A stretch of 64,000 bases of DNA from Octopus sinensis (Eukaryota): NCBI RefSeq assembly GCF_006345805.1, contig NC_043003.1, positions 116,684,001 through 116,748,000 on the forward strand. The letters run 5' to 3'. Of the stretch, positions 1 through 13,304 are shown one piece after another. Positions within the stretch are counted from its first letter, which is position 1. Each line of letters starts with the position of its first letter. The position numbers were made by a program, and so were the translations under genes. Under the pieces are notes generated by a model. It saw nothing but the letters and a program-made list of their open reading frames with translations. It ran no database searches and was not told where the DNA came from.

Positions 1-34
<34 letters not shown>

Positions 35-111
35 TGATAATAATAATAATATAATAATAATAATAAAATGATGATAATGATAATAATAATAATAATAATA
101 ATAATAAAATG

Positions 112-143
<32 letters not shown>

Positions 144-185
144 AAGAAGAAGAAGAAGAAGAAGGAGAAGAAGAAGAAGAAGAAG

Positions 186-328
186 ATCGAAAAATACCTT
201 AGGAATGAGAATCCAGGTACGAAATTTCCCCAAGACACCTGATGAAAGCTAGAGAGTATATTAACCAAAAGGTTGTGTTAACAAAAAAGAAGATGAGGAC
301 AAATATCCGTCAAATGTAAATAATGTAT
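186..328 (+). mobile_element. HHR-family-1 cassette (Penelope-like 3' end), decayed core, after (AAT)n/(AAG)n tract
   Basis: Same sequence as 10537-10662 (+) and 10105-10250 (-); GACAC-CTGATGA at 234-245, but GAAACGTT is mutated to AAAAGGTT. Confidence 0.7.
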
Positions 329-1410
329 ATTCTACTTTAATCTTAATATTAACTCAAAAGCTTCTTTGATGTAAATCTTTAGCTTTTCATCGGGCTTCCA
401 CACAACGTTCAGATATTCGCTGTTCTTGCGCCTATCTTATTAGGTTGTCAGAGAGAAATTTTTCGTTTCTTTACTGTATTATTTGAATCAAAACTGTTTT
501 ATCAGAGTGAATTATGGTTTTCGATAGCTGTATTTTACCGCCACTGCCTCTAGTCCCACATATGACGATCAAGTGCCAAGTTGAAGAAATGTTTTTGATA
601 CCTGATTCTCTTCCAGTCGAGGTTCCAGAACTACCAAATCCGCTCGTGGCAAATGTGCCATTAAGGTGGTGCTATTAATGAAAGAACTACACAGAAAGGT
701 AGTGTACTGGATTATGGTTGTACTGAGGGTTGTTATATCGTCTGTGGCTAATGTAGTTTGGGTTTAATTAATTTTTAATATTGTGATATGGTTGGAGGGA
801 GAGGTTATGTTGTCTAGTCATGTTTTGTCTCGTTGACTGCTTGAAGTGGCTGTGTTGGGGGTTAAGTCTCGGAGGTAAGTTCTTCCTGGTAGGAATTGGT
901 TCACCAAAACTTAACTTTGGTTTGTATGTGGGATACCTTGAAGATTAAGTCTAGATTTACTCCTGTGGGTTGAATTATGGGTAGTTGTTTGATAGTTATT
1001 TGGGGGAATAAGAGAGTTAAAGAAGGTTGAGTTGCGTCCCCTAGACCGTCTGTGGTTTGTGTTTAATACACGTGGGATCATTTCTGTGTCTGTTTTTGGT
1101 TTATTTTTCTTCAGGAAGGGGTTATCCGATGCGCTTTCTATGTTAAACTGAGTTTCGTAGTTATTAAAGAAATTGGCTTGTTTTTCCCAACGTTGTAAGG
1201 AGTTAGTTTCTTCATCCACGCAAGTTGTTTTCCATAGTTTAAAAACACTTTCCAAGCGGGGACCGTCCGTAAGTTTCTTTAATCCGTTGTAAATCTCCTC
1301 ATCTATGTTTTTAACTTTTTGTTCATTGCTTATTGCTCTAAGCTTAAGGGAGTTCTATTTCTGTCTTCATTTTTTCCAGTGCAAGTTTTTCTCTTAATTG
1401 TCTTTGTGGG

Positions 1411-1481
<71 letters not shown>

Positions 1482-1497
1482 ATATATATATTATATA

Positions 1498-1546
<49 letters not shown>

Positions 1547-1550
1547 ATAT

Positions 1551-1650
<100 letters not shown>

Positions 1651-1897
1651 AGTAGGTGAATGAATTATCCTAGTATGGATAATTCGGTTAATCGATACCT
1701 GGGTAGCAAATTCACGTCAGAAAACACGGTTGAAGCTACATGCCAAGGGTAGAAACCCCGTGTTCTTGTGTGGAAATTTGTGTGTCTTTTTTATATGAAT
1801 AAATGAAAGAATGGAGTCGAACATTATCACTGTGAACACCATGTAGGCAGTCATCAAAAAGTTTTTGTTCGTCTTGAGGCTGATAGAGGTTCCTTGT

Positions 1898-1980
1898 CTT
1901 TCCTGATGAGAAGATGGCATAATGCACCCTTTATTCCTTCGGAATTAAGAGTATGCAGTCTTCGAAACATGTGTTGAGAG
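1898..1980 (+). ncRNA. Type-I hammerhead ribozyme, canonical core (family 3)
   Basis: Stem I CUUUC/GAGAG; CUGAUGA 1903-1909; long stem II closed by GAAGAU/GUCUUC; GAAA 1964-1967; stem III ACA/UGU; GUU cleavage triplet ending 1975. Confidence 0.75.
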
Positions 1981-2180
1981 TAAAGGAATTTTGTTAAAAT
2001 CTTCTTTCGACTCCATTCTTTCATTTATTCATATATATATATATATACCCACATGCGTGCACAGTGGAATTCGTAAGTATGTGTGTAAATATATGTGTAC
2101 GAGTGTCTGTGTCTGTGTATGTGTTTATATGTGTTTACGTTTGAGCATATTATGGTAATGTGTGTGTATGTGTGTGTGTA

Positions 2181-2216
<36 letters not shown>

Positions 2217-2681
2217 CGTAGCATCAGTGTGTGGATGTGTGAATGTATCAGTAACGGAAAACCATGCACAGAGTTCTTATTTGTGGAATGGATACAGCAG
2301 GATTGCTTTCATATTTGAATTTGAAAAAGAAAGGAAATTCGATTACGCAACGAAAAAAAAATGGGCGATAATACAGGTGTAAGTTAATAGGGTGTGGTGT
2401 ACGTACGTGGGTGCGTGCGTACGTATGTGTGTGTGTCTGTGTCTGTGTTGTGGGAGTTTGCATCTGTCTAACACTTAATACTGCAACAACAAAGGAAGTT
2501 TTGTTGAGAAAAAGATATTTCCGGTTGAGAGTGAAAAATAAAATTAGAAAATTTTAATTCTTATTGACAATATGCAAGGAAAATATCAGAAATATCAGAA
2601 ATGCTAAAAGTAAATAAAAATTATTTCTTATTTCTCCCAAAAGACAAACAAATGCGTGCACACACGCAAACACACACTCGC

Positions 2682-2742
<61 letters not shown>

Positions 2743-2983
2743 CATATATATATATGTAATTCCATACATAGGAAATTATGAAATATTATTCCATATCAAC
2801 CTTACGCGAGCAAATCCTGCTTGCAAAATTTACATAAGAATAATAAAACTTCAAATTGAACATCATTTTATAATATTTCTCGTTCATATGTGTGTGTGTC
2901 TTTTGTATCTAGTTTTACAGACTTTATCATAAATTTATCTTACACAGTCTCCATTTATATAAATATGCATACACATGTAAATA

Positions 2984-3278
2984 CGGGGTGGGTTCTAGAA
3001 GCTTTAAGACTTTTGGGGGGGGGTACACTATAACTCTTCTAGATTGTACTTTTAGTATATCATGACTATGCACTGAATAAGCTGACCTGGCAACTGACTT
3101 TTATTAGAAATTGAAGAATATGGCGGTAATAGCACTTTGGACACACTGTGATAAATATTGCTTGTTACTGATGACTTCTTCGAAGAAGTCGGTCGGAACC
3201 TGAGGACATTTTCGAAGAACTCTGTACAATAAATGTTTGTGTTAAACTGGACAAAAATACTGGCGAAATCTCTGAAAT
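2984..3278 (+). mobile_element. mariner-like 5' fragment
   Basis: TA-CGGGGTG start; near 3225-3278 one frame reads TINVCVKLDKNTGEISEM, similar to mariner N-terminal AIKFCVKLGK...EM. Confidence 0.45.
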
Positions 3279-4552
3279 GACTGCTTATTTATTAATTTGA
3301 ATGCGCTGAGTATCTGTTCTACACTGGCACAAGAGATTCAAGAATGGTAGATAGATGAGAGACGATAAGCGATGTAAGAGAGAGAGGGGAAGGTGAGAAC
3401 AACAGAATGAGTTGAGAACATTCGCTATTGTCTGATTGATGATCGTCGTATGTCTGTAAAGACAATACGCAGAGATCTTTTGAAGATTTTTGAAGATCTG
3501 TGCAAAATTTGTGTGATGAAGAGATGAAGAGCAGGAAAGACGCATTGATTGAGAAGAGAGAGATGTTTGAGCTCATTTCCTCAAATCCAAGAGTACTTGA
3601 GTCTCGAGTGACCTGTGACGAAAACCAGATTTACTCTAGTGGTCGAGAGACCAAGAGGCAAAGTGTTTAATGGAAGTATCCTAGATCCCAAGATCCAAGA
3701 AGATCAGGCAAAGCAAGTCAGCAGGGAAGCTCATATTCATCCACTTCTGTGGCAGCAGGTTCCTCATCTAGATCCACTGAGTTCCCACTTGCTACACGGT
3801 GAACAAAGAGTACGTTCTGATGGTTTTGAGTGAATTAAGGAAGTCATTTCGTCACAAAAAGTCACATTTCTTCCATTCCGGTTATATGATGTAGCTAGTA
3901 CACTATAACTAAATCCGTCGGAAGGATAATCCAGAGAACAAAGAAAAAAGAACACACGCTGTGCACATCTTTTTCGCATTGTATGACCCCGCTGACTCAA
4001 CATTCAATATCTCATCCCCAGTTTCATTTTTATCTTTATTTTCAAGTTTCAAGCCATAGCCACTCATAATTAGAAGGAATACTGGTGGACTGTACCAGTG
4101 AAGACCTCAATAAAATGTAAGCACAACAGACATGATATAATGATTTGGGAAAGAGAAGAGAAACTGTGCACAGTTGTGGAAATTTGTTGCCCAGCGGATG
4201 CTAAACATAAAGCTGAAAATCAGTGAAAATGAGAACATCTATGGTGAACTATTGAGAAATATGCAGTTACTCTATCAAGATTTATACCTGTAATTATTGG
4301 GACCCTGGAATACGTAGCACTAAATACCAATCTTGATAAATTAGGCTTCTTAGAACCAGTAAGGGGAAAGCTAATTCGAAGACTATAGATCCAATCCATC
4401 ACCGGAACTGTAAAAATCTGTAAAATTTTCCAGACGTTTATCATTTAAATATATATGAGCATGTCTAGATATGCAAGTATATGCATGGGAATACATTCAT
4501 AAAACATGCAAATCTGCGCATACATACATATATACATACATACATACATACA

Positions 4553-4583
<31 letters not shown>

Positions 4584-4589
4584 TGGAAG

Positions 4590-4855
4590 TCACTTGACCC
4601 TGTTATTTCCCCTACTGTCCCTCTCGCGTCTGACCACTGTCCGAAGTCAGGACGACATGATAGATCGTTAGCTCCTACACGCATTTTTTCTCTCCTTGTT
4701 TCTCTCCTTTTTTTCTGTGTATCTTTCTGTCGAAGAGCGTAGGCTAGAAACGTAAAAGAATTTTTCTATTCCTGAGTGCTATACTAATACATTTGTTTGT
4801 TTGTACTCCACCTGCCTTCGTCTTTTGTTCATTTTCGTAAACTTTCCCTTTACAT
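4590..4855 (+). mobile_element. HHR-family-2 cassette between (TACA)n tracts, core partly mutated
   Basis: 4722-4759: stem I UCUUU/AAAGA, CUGUCGA (A6 mutated), A, GAGC-GUAG-GCUA, GAAA, CGUA. Confidence 0.65.
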
Positions 4856-6339
4856 ACATGCATACATACATACATACATACATACATACATACATACATA
4901 CACACATACATACATACATATCTTTATATGTGCAGAAATGATATTCACCTGTAGATTAAAATGTGTCCCTTGTGAGAGGATTGTTTGCTCATATACAGAG
5001 GTTGTTATCCTTATTTCTAAACCTGTCGCTTCCGTGCATTAAACTAAACAACAGTCCATGAGCACATGCTTATACCAACATAGTTTCTTTAATTTTTATA
5101 TCCTTCTGAATCTCTTTGGATGAGTAGAAAATTCACAAAATTTCTTAGACCATGTGTATATGCGTTACATTTCTACGCTAGAATATTCAACACGCAGAAT
5201 GAATTATATATATATTGGAAAGTAATATCCTAAAGTTATAACGACTAAAATTCAACGTAAACAGTTTAACCAAAGTTCTAATAAATTTGAATATTAAAGT
5301 TTTGCATGGTCAATATATGAATAAATAAATCACAGATTAAAAGGAATAGCAGGAAAATTTTCGAAGGTACATATATCAAAGTAAATATAAAATACATTTT
5401 TATATTTCGCTGGGGCAAGGATCCAGATTTCTTGCAAATCTCGATGCATAAATTTGCATATATTCACCATTCTTTTGTCAGCAGAGAGGCAGGAATAGAT
5501 ATGTTTATCAGTTTTATATACCCCAATTTTACAAAAACTTTAAAATCTTCTGGAATCTACAAACAAATTTAAAGAAAAATTAAATTACATATATCTATTC
5601 GTGAAATTTACGTACGTTAAATGTTCAAAGTTCAGAAATATACATTAATAATTAGATCCAAGAGGCAACTTTTGTAAAATTAAGCTAAGAATAAATATTT
5701 TGTAGAACGTTTGGTGACACGTATACCGAAAGAGGTGGAAGTGAAAAGTATATTCATGCTTCAGGAGGTGATACAGCTGCCTTAGTTACTTACTCATTTA
5801 TTTATTCGTTCACGTATTTATTTATTTAAAATATATTGTCGAAAACAATATATAATTTTGTTAAGAAATACAATATTAATTAAAAGCAAACAAACACTTC
5901 TTCTCGTCAAATAACGAAAATGAAAATACGACTCTCAGAGAAAGCAATGTAAACGAAATTCAGAAAAAAAAATCTTCATCAGCTTCCGTAAGAAGATAAA
6001 AATAAATTTACCGATAGGTATATAGAACGTGGTTAATGAGAGACAGACAGACAGACAGAGAAAGGAACGTATAGGAGCGAGACACACAAAAAGTTATGTG
6101 CTTCCGTGTGGCGTGCGCGTGTGCGTGTGATACGTGTCTTAGCCCCGAGTGGATTTCTAATTAGACGTAGAGCAATTTGTTTGAATAACAATTTCGATTC
6201 GATGTGTAAAGGTGTGCTTGGTCAGGTTTATACGCTTCCCGTTCAAGAGTACTTTAAGCAGTTCCAGAAGACTTTAAACTCTCTAACAGATCTTCCCTTT
6301 CAATTAATGGTGTGGTACATTCACTACTTCGATAAACGT

Positions 6340-6720
6340 GGAGGCACAATGGCCCAGTGGTTAGGGCAGCGGACTCGCGGTCGTAGGATCGCGGTTTCGA
6401 TTCCCAGACCGGGCGTTGTGAGTGTTTATTGAGCGAAAACACCTAAAGCTCCACGAGGCTCCGGCAGGGATGGTGGTGAGCCCTGCTGTACTCTTTCACC
6501 ACAACTTTCTCTCACTCTTACTTCCTGTTTCTGTTGTACCTGTATTTCAAAGGGCCGGCCTTGTCACTCTCTGTGTCACGCTGAATATCCCCCAGAACTA
6601 CGTTAAGGGTGCACGTGTCTGTGGAGTGCTCAGCCACTTACACGTTAATTTCACGAGCAGGCTGTTCCGTTGATCGGATCAACCGGAACCCTCGTCGTCG
6701 TAACCGACGGAGTGCTTACA
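6340..6720 (+). mobile_element. tRNA-headed SINE, family C
   Basis: A-box TGGCCCAGTGG, B-box GTTTCGATTCC; near-identical inverted copy at 43484-43862. Confidence 0.9.
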
Positions 6721-7010
6721 CTTCAATAAACGTCGGTATCTTTTCGCTCTCGTCTGAACTGTGCACATCTTTTTCTCATCGTATGATCCCTTGACACTAC
6801 ATTCAATACCTTATCCCCAGCTGTATTTTTATGTCTATTGTAAGGTTTCGAGACATTCTTTTTCATCATTCTCTCTCCCAAAGAATTGTGAAATACCTGA
6901 GAATGAAAACTTTTCCGGTGGAAACATCAAGACGTAAGTTTTCTTTATCTGTAAGCACTAAACCTCCCGTCTTTTTCCTTTACTTATCTCAAAAATATTT
7001 TAGCCATATA

Positions 7011-7587
<577 letters not shown>

Positions 7588-7724
7588 CATATCCCCAGTA
7601 ATTTCTAATTAGAGAACTTTCTCAATGATTAAATATTTTAACTGGAAGAATTAAGATATGTCTTCTACGTTTCACGCATGACTTCTCAGCTTTCAAAATT
7701 TGACCACAGCGATTTCGGAGGCGG

Positions 7725-7830
7725 TGGTAAGTCGACTACATCGATTCCAGTGCTCAGGTGGTACTTATGTCATCAACCCCCGAAAGCATAAAGGACAAAG
7801 TCAACCGCAGCGGAATTTGAAATCGGAATA
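7725..7830 (-). mobile_element. SINE family B fragment, degenerate
   Basis: Similar to family-B central domain (CCCCGAAAG...AAAGTCAACC...GGAATTTGAA). Confidence 0.6.
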
Positions 7831-7857
7831 TATAAACATAGATACATACATAGATAC

Positions 7858-7888
<31 letters not shown>

Positions 7889-7924
7889 CATATACATACA
7901 CACATACATACATATATATACATA

Positions 7925-8016
<92 letters not shown>

Positions 8017-8814
8017 GTATTCATGCTTCAGGAGGTGATACAGCTGCCTTAGTTACTTATTTATTCGTTCACGTATTTGTTTATTTTACAGATAAAGTAA
8101 ATTACTAGCATTTCGTTTGACTTTGTAGTCAAACGAAATGCTAGTAAGCATTTGATCGGGCGTCTTAAATATTCTGTCTGATCGCCACTTTTTTCCAAAA
8201 TACTCTTTGCAATTACACGTAGAAATACAATCCAGCTACTGTCTTACTAGAGACGAAAGAAATAATGTGTACTTATTAAATACCACTCAAAACTCTAAAT
8301 TCCTGACATATGGCATTACTAAAATATAGAAAAAGTCCAGTGCCTAAAATGCCATTAACGTGAAACAAAGAGCCTGAGAAAAAGGGGGGGTCGATTATTG
8401 ATGGTCATAGACACACATGTGAACTATACTAACTACACATCTAATTTGGGAAATATAGTTCAATGGGAGCCACCGAGATTGAAGTGAAACTAAAATCGCT
8501 TTTAGGGTGAAATTCACTTCCAGTCTAGGTGTCCTAGAAGAAGAATATACCAACTTGTAGTTATTTGGAGTTTATACAATATACATAACGTTCAATAAGA
8601 GACTTTTTATTTGCATCTCGTGCAGCACAAATTTTGCCAGTGAAGAGGTCGCAGTTTCAAAGCGGAGAATATATTTTGACGCAAATGAATGTTTAGTGTT
8701 GAAGTGAAGCTAACGGTTTTTGTGATTTATTGAATGGCTTACAAACAACTTCCACGCTGCAATAGTTTTTCTTTTCGCACACGATCTCAGATCAAGTTAC
8801 TCGCTATGCAAGTA

Positions 8815-8976
<162 letters not shown>

Positions 8977-8985
8977 AATGTGACC

Positions 8986-9190
8986 GCGTGTGTACCGTTG
9001 GCGATTTTTTCCTCCGTGTTCCCTTCTTTGGATCTTTCCTTTTCCTATGTTTCCGACGAAGAGCTCCGCTCGAAACGTTAAGCCCTCCTTCTTTCCTTCC
9101 TTCCTGAGCGTCCAATAATATTATATTTGTTCCACGTCCTCGCGTTGTAGTGTTTTCTCTTTGTGTTTTCATGTTTGGATTAACTTTATA
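8986..9190 (+). mobile_element. HHR-family-2 cassette containing U4C hammerhead at 9049-9083
   Basis: Stem I GUUU/AAGC, CCGACGA, A, GAGC-UCC-GCUC, GAAA, CGUU; homologous to 30666-30880 over about 200 bp. Confidence 0.75.
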
Positions 9191-9192
9191 TT

Positions 9193-9226
<34 letters not shown>

Positions 9227-10104
9227 TGTATGTATATGTATATATATGTATCTATGTATGTATCTATGTTTATATATATACATACATACATGTATGTATG
9301 TATAAGAACGGAAGCAAAGTGAAAAAACCTGTGTTTGTTGACTATGTAAGAACAAATGAGATATATCTATCGCTGTGTTTTTTATAGATCATTGAGTCAT
9401 GATATCAATATTTTTAAGAGTGATTAACTCCAATGTTTTGTTTCTTCCATTTATCACCCTTCTGTTTTTATCGCTGTCTGTGCGTCTCAATTAAGCGTAG
9501 CAGCTGGCCATGTTGAACTAACAAATAGAGAATATAAAGCTCCAAACGGCATCGCCAAGTTTGTGAATAACCAATTCTCCAGTTCGTATTTTGCTACAAT
9601 AACTACACCGTTTAGTTTCCAAATTTTGGTTCTCTAGTCAGCTTGATTCTCTTTGCTGAATTTAGATAGTGCAGAATATATTATCACCACGTGTCGGAAG
9701 CCATGACCTGTACTGCAAATTTATAAGGGGGTCCTGTTACACAGCAAATTCTAGTTCAGGTGAGCTCTATAAAAATAATCTTTAAGCCCAATCTTTTGTC
9801 ACGGGTCTCAGAGGGTCCCTTTGCACTACACTTAACACTAAAATACCAATTTCAAATTCAAAATCGTCGCTCTCCCTAACAGAGTAATTTTCTGAGCATC
9901 TTCTACATTCAAGTCGATTCCAATTTCTCCGACATATTCCTGAAACCTAAGGTTGGTGATCCTAGCGACCCTGCAACCAAAGGGATGGAAGATATTTTCT
10001 TACACATTCATGCAATTTCGTCTTTATGTTTCTCAATCTTTTCCAGGTTTTTGTCATCACCCCCTACATACACAGGTATGAATATATCGATGATCTTAGT
10101 TTCC

Positions 10105-10249
10105 TTATTTACATTATTTACATTGGACAGATATTTGTCCTCATTTTGTTTTTTGTTAACACAACGTTTCAGTTGATATACCCTCCAGCCTTCATCGGGT
10201 GTCTTGGAGCAATTTCGAACCTGAGTTCTCCTTCCTAATGTATTTTCGA

Positions 10250-10250
<1 letters not shown>
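10105..10250 (-). mobile_element. HHR-family-1 cassette with U4C hammerhead at 10158-10203
   Basis: Minus strand GACAC-CCGAUGA-A-GGCUG...CAACU-GAAA-CGUU-GUGUU; one stem II mismatch. Confidence 0.7.
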
Positions 10251-10289
<39 letters not shown>

Positions 10290-10311
10290 GTTGTTGTTGT
10301 TGTTGTGGTGG

Positions 10312-10346
<35 letters not shown>

Positions 10347-10363
10347 GATGATGATGATGATAT

Positions 10364-10459
10364 GTCCACTGGCATATAGTGTAGTGGTTAAGAGCACGGC
10401 TACTAACCCCAAGATTCCGAGTTCGATTCCAAGCAATGACCTGAATAATAATAATAATG

Positions 10460-10502
<43 letters not shown>

Positions 10503-10692
10503 CAACAACAACAACAACAACAGCAACAACAACAATATCGAAAAATACCTTAGGAATGAGAACCCAGGTTCGAAATTTGCCCAAGACACCTGATGAAGTT
10601 TTGAAGGGTAAATCAGATGAGGACAAGATGAGAATAAATATCCGTCAAATGTAAATAATGTAAAAAAATGTACACAATTCTTCACCTCTTAA
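10364..10692 (+). mobile_element. tRNA-like head + (AAT)n(AAC)n + HHR-family-1 tail (GAAAC segment deleted)
   Basis: A-box TAGTGTAGTGG 10377-10387, B-box GTTCGATTCC 10421-10430; tail matches 186-328. Confidence 0.65.
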
Positions 10693-10714
10693 ATATAGGA
10701 CTGCTTGGTTTCCT

Positions 10715-11151
10715 TTTAACCACTACAGCGCTGTTGGTCTCCGAGCATCCATTCCTGAGTCACACTGGATTTTAAAAGCCCATAAGATCTTATACTCAAT
10801 ATCCCCGGTGACGCCTTCTATTTTGTATTCGAACCATTTCTCAGTTGTTTCAGTATCGTACTTGTCATACAATTTCCAGTGAACAAACTTAGCATCGTTA
10901 TCATGCTTCTTTTTGCAATCCTGTATTCCTTTTGATCCAGAGACTGTTTCATTTTCGCTGCCACACATCCTGCAAAGGGGCAATTCGCTATTCTTATCTA
11001 TTTAGAACTTGGTGTAATTAGTTCTCAGAGCATGTTTCTAGGTGCTGCATATCAATGCCTCACAGCATCAGTTCAGATCACTTTTTCTTAGCCACCTCCC
11101 GGTGTTGGACTTGTCTTACCCTTTGATTTCTCTGAAGTATTTTCCATTCAT
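10715..11151 (-). pseudogene. R4/Dong-type non-LTR retrotransposon C-terminal fragment (zinc knuckle and restriction-like endonuclease region)
   Basis: Reads MNGKYFRE...WLRKSDL...EALICS...ALRTNY...PLCRMCGSENETVS...KHDNDAKFVHWKL...KWFEY...KILW..KIQCD...ARRP with stops and deletions. Confidence 0.8.
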
Positions 11152-11193
11152 AATTTTTATTTTCCACTTGTTTAACCTTTATTATTATCATTG

Positions 11194-11248
<55 letters not shown>

Positions 11249-11699
11249 GATCATCATCATCATCATCATCATTATTATCGTTACCAATATTATTGTCATA
11301 GATTATTTACACTGTGCTTTGGTGGATTTCGCGACGGCATTTCTTATTTATCATGATATTTATTTGTATTTATATTTCTAATTCGTATTCATAGGGAAAA
11401 AGATCTTTGAAATGAGACATCATCGCCAACTAGAATTCAATACGAAATGCCGTCCAGATCTGCCTCGCGACAGTGAACAAAACACCAGCGCAGACATCAC
11501 GCAAAAATCAAACAGTTTTAGAAATAGATTGTTCAAGATATATAAGAATGTATACATATTTATCTTGTATTTCTAATGCAAAGTTTTTATTATTTAAAGA
11601 ATCTCATAATATAATGTCACCGTCTACAATAACACCACTTCTCACACAACAGTTTCTCCAACGTGGTCAGACGAGGATTCTGAACTTGTACAAGTATCA

Positions 11700-12060
11700 G
11701 TTATTGGATGAAGCTTTTCGGGACTCTTTCTCGTGGAAATGTTCTTTTTTTGGTTCAAGAATTTTTCCAAAAATGCAATCGGAAAGAGTTGAGCTACTTA
11801 TGTTTCACGAAAATTGGCGGGGTTTTTCCTGTGCCCTGTAAAAAGGAAGCGAAACTGACACAAGTTTTTGTAAGCATAATTCGTTTTGCAACAACTTTAC
11901 GCTTCTTCAGAAGAGAATTCAGGGTGTCAACGTAAAGAACGATGAACACTGGAATTCCATGCACTCACGGGATCACTGTGCTTGCAAGATGACCATCAAA
12001 ATTCCATGAGGCTTAAGATACACGGGGCACTGAAACGTCGAGAATGTTTGTAAAACATTA
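11700..12060 (+). pseudogene. Possible highly decayed GIY-YIG (Penelope) endonuclease tail
   Basis: Frameshifted peptides KCNRKELSYL, CAL*KGSETDTSF, EHWNSMH loosely follow the GIY-YIG motif order; weak. Confidence 0.25.
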
Positions 12061-12157
12061 TATAATAATATGGTAGTAAACTAAAAGTGGTGAGTCCTGA
12101 AGACGTAAATTATTTTCTTCCGTTACATATTAGTGGACTTTGTTGGATGTAGTGGGT

Positions 12158-12459
12158 GGAGGCACATGGCCTAGTAGTTAGAGCAGCGGACTCGCAGTCG
12201 AGGGATCGCGGATTCGAATCTCAGACCGGACGAGGTGTGTGTTTATGAGCGAAACAACTAAGCTCCACCCTGCTCCGGCAGAATGTAATGGCGAAACTTC
12301 TGCTGACTCTTCCACCACAACTTTCTCTCACTCTTTCCTCCTGCATCTTGCAGCTCATCTGCGATGGACCGGCGTCCCATCCAGGTGAGGAACCTATACG
12401 CCAAGAAACCGGGAAACCGGCCGTTATGAGCCAGACAGGGCTCGAGAACGAACAAAAAC
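12158..12459 (+). mobile_element. tRNA-headed SINE, family C' (C head, V-domain-like 3' half)
   Basis: Shares first ~170 bp with family C, then GCGATGGACCGGCGTCCCATCCAGG; inverted copy at 21384-21691. Confidence 0.85.
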
Positions 12460-12909
12460 GATGTAGTGGAAATTCCGTCATTTTATAACAAATATAAGTC
12501 TGAGTGTCTGAACAGAAAGCCGGAAACATTATAGTTGAATGAGAGTGTGGCAGTGGGATCACGCTCAACACGTGTCACTATCATAAGATAGAAAGGTGAC
12601 GTCAGCGAGATGGAAGATGGTTGCAACCAGTAGATGGGACATTTTGTTTCAAGATTTGTCAGACTCGATCGAACGTTCAGATAATGTTGTGATCAACGTT
12701 ATTACAGTCGTAAAGCTTTTCTAAAGTGAAAGCCAACTGGTGATCATCATGAGAGAGTAAATATCCAATGGATTTGACATTGCAGAAGCCGTACTGTTGG
12801 TCAGTGAGAAGAGAGAGAAAGAGGGGGAAGTGTGAGAAAGAAAAAGAGAGAGACTTGAAGATCTTTGAGAAGATCTTTGATAATAGATATTCCCCTTATA
12901 TATTAGAGA

Positions 12910-13304
12910 CTAGCAGTATCGCCCGGCGTTGCTCAGGTTTGTAAGGGAAATAACTATAAGCATTTTTAGAGAGTTATAGCCCAAAAATAGCAAATAAATG
13001 CATTAAAAATGGAAAAAAAATTATGGTAATTTTTTTTTAAATTGTTGACTCATCGTAGACATTTTTAGGGAGTTACTTCCCTTATATAATAGCGACAAAA
13101 TGCATTAAAATGGAAAAAATGGATGGTAAACTTTTTTTTAAACCGTAGACTCATCGTAGACGGGCGCTAATACCCAGAAAGGCTCGATATGAATCACAAC
13201 TATAAGATACCCGGTTTTGGTTAAACTGCACCGCAAAATGTGGGAGTAGTTAGGAATCTAAATCGTGGGAAACAGACACACAACTTGACTTTTATATATA
13301 AAGA
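12910..13304 (-). mobile_element. Non-autonomous Helitron
   Basis: Minus strand A|TC start, subterminal GC hairpin, CTAG|T end, no TSD; second copy at 59861-60254. Confidence 0.8.

Noticed and set aside
911-1255. 114-aa ORF and adjacent coding-like minus-strand block (about 360-1320)
   Set aside because: No recognisable motif and many in-frame stops nearby; probably a decayed TE ORF, but unassignable by eye.
3160-3215. CTGATGA followed by the palindrome GACTTCTTCGAAGAAGTC as a hammerhead
   Set aside because: No GAAA after the stem, no stem I partner, and it lies in a mariner-like fragment.
5945-5990. Minus-strand CTGATGA-AGA...TCT-GAAT
   Set aside because: A15.1 is absent and there is no stem I or III pairing.
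10364-10441. Functional tRNA gene
   Set aside because: A and B boxes are present but acceptor and anticodon stems do not form a proper cloverleaf; treated as a SINE head, as are the other tRNA-like heads.
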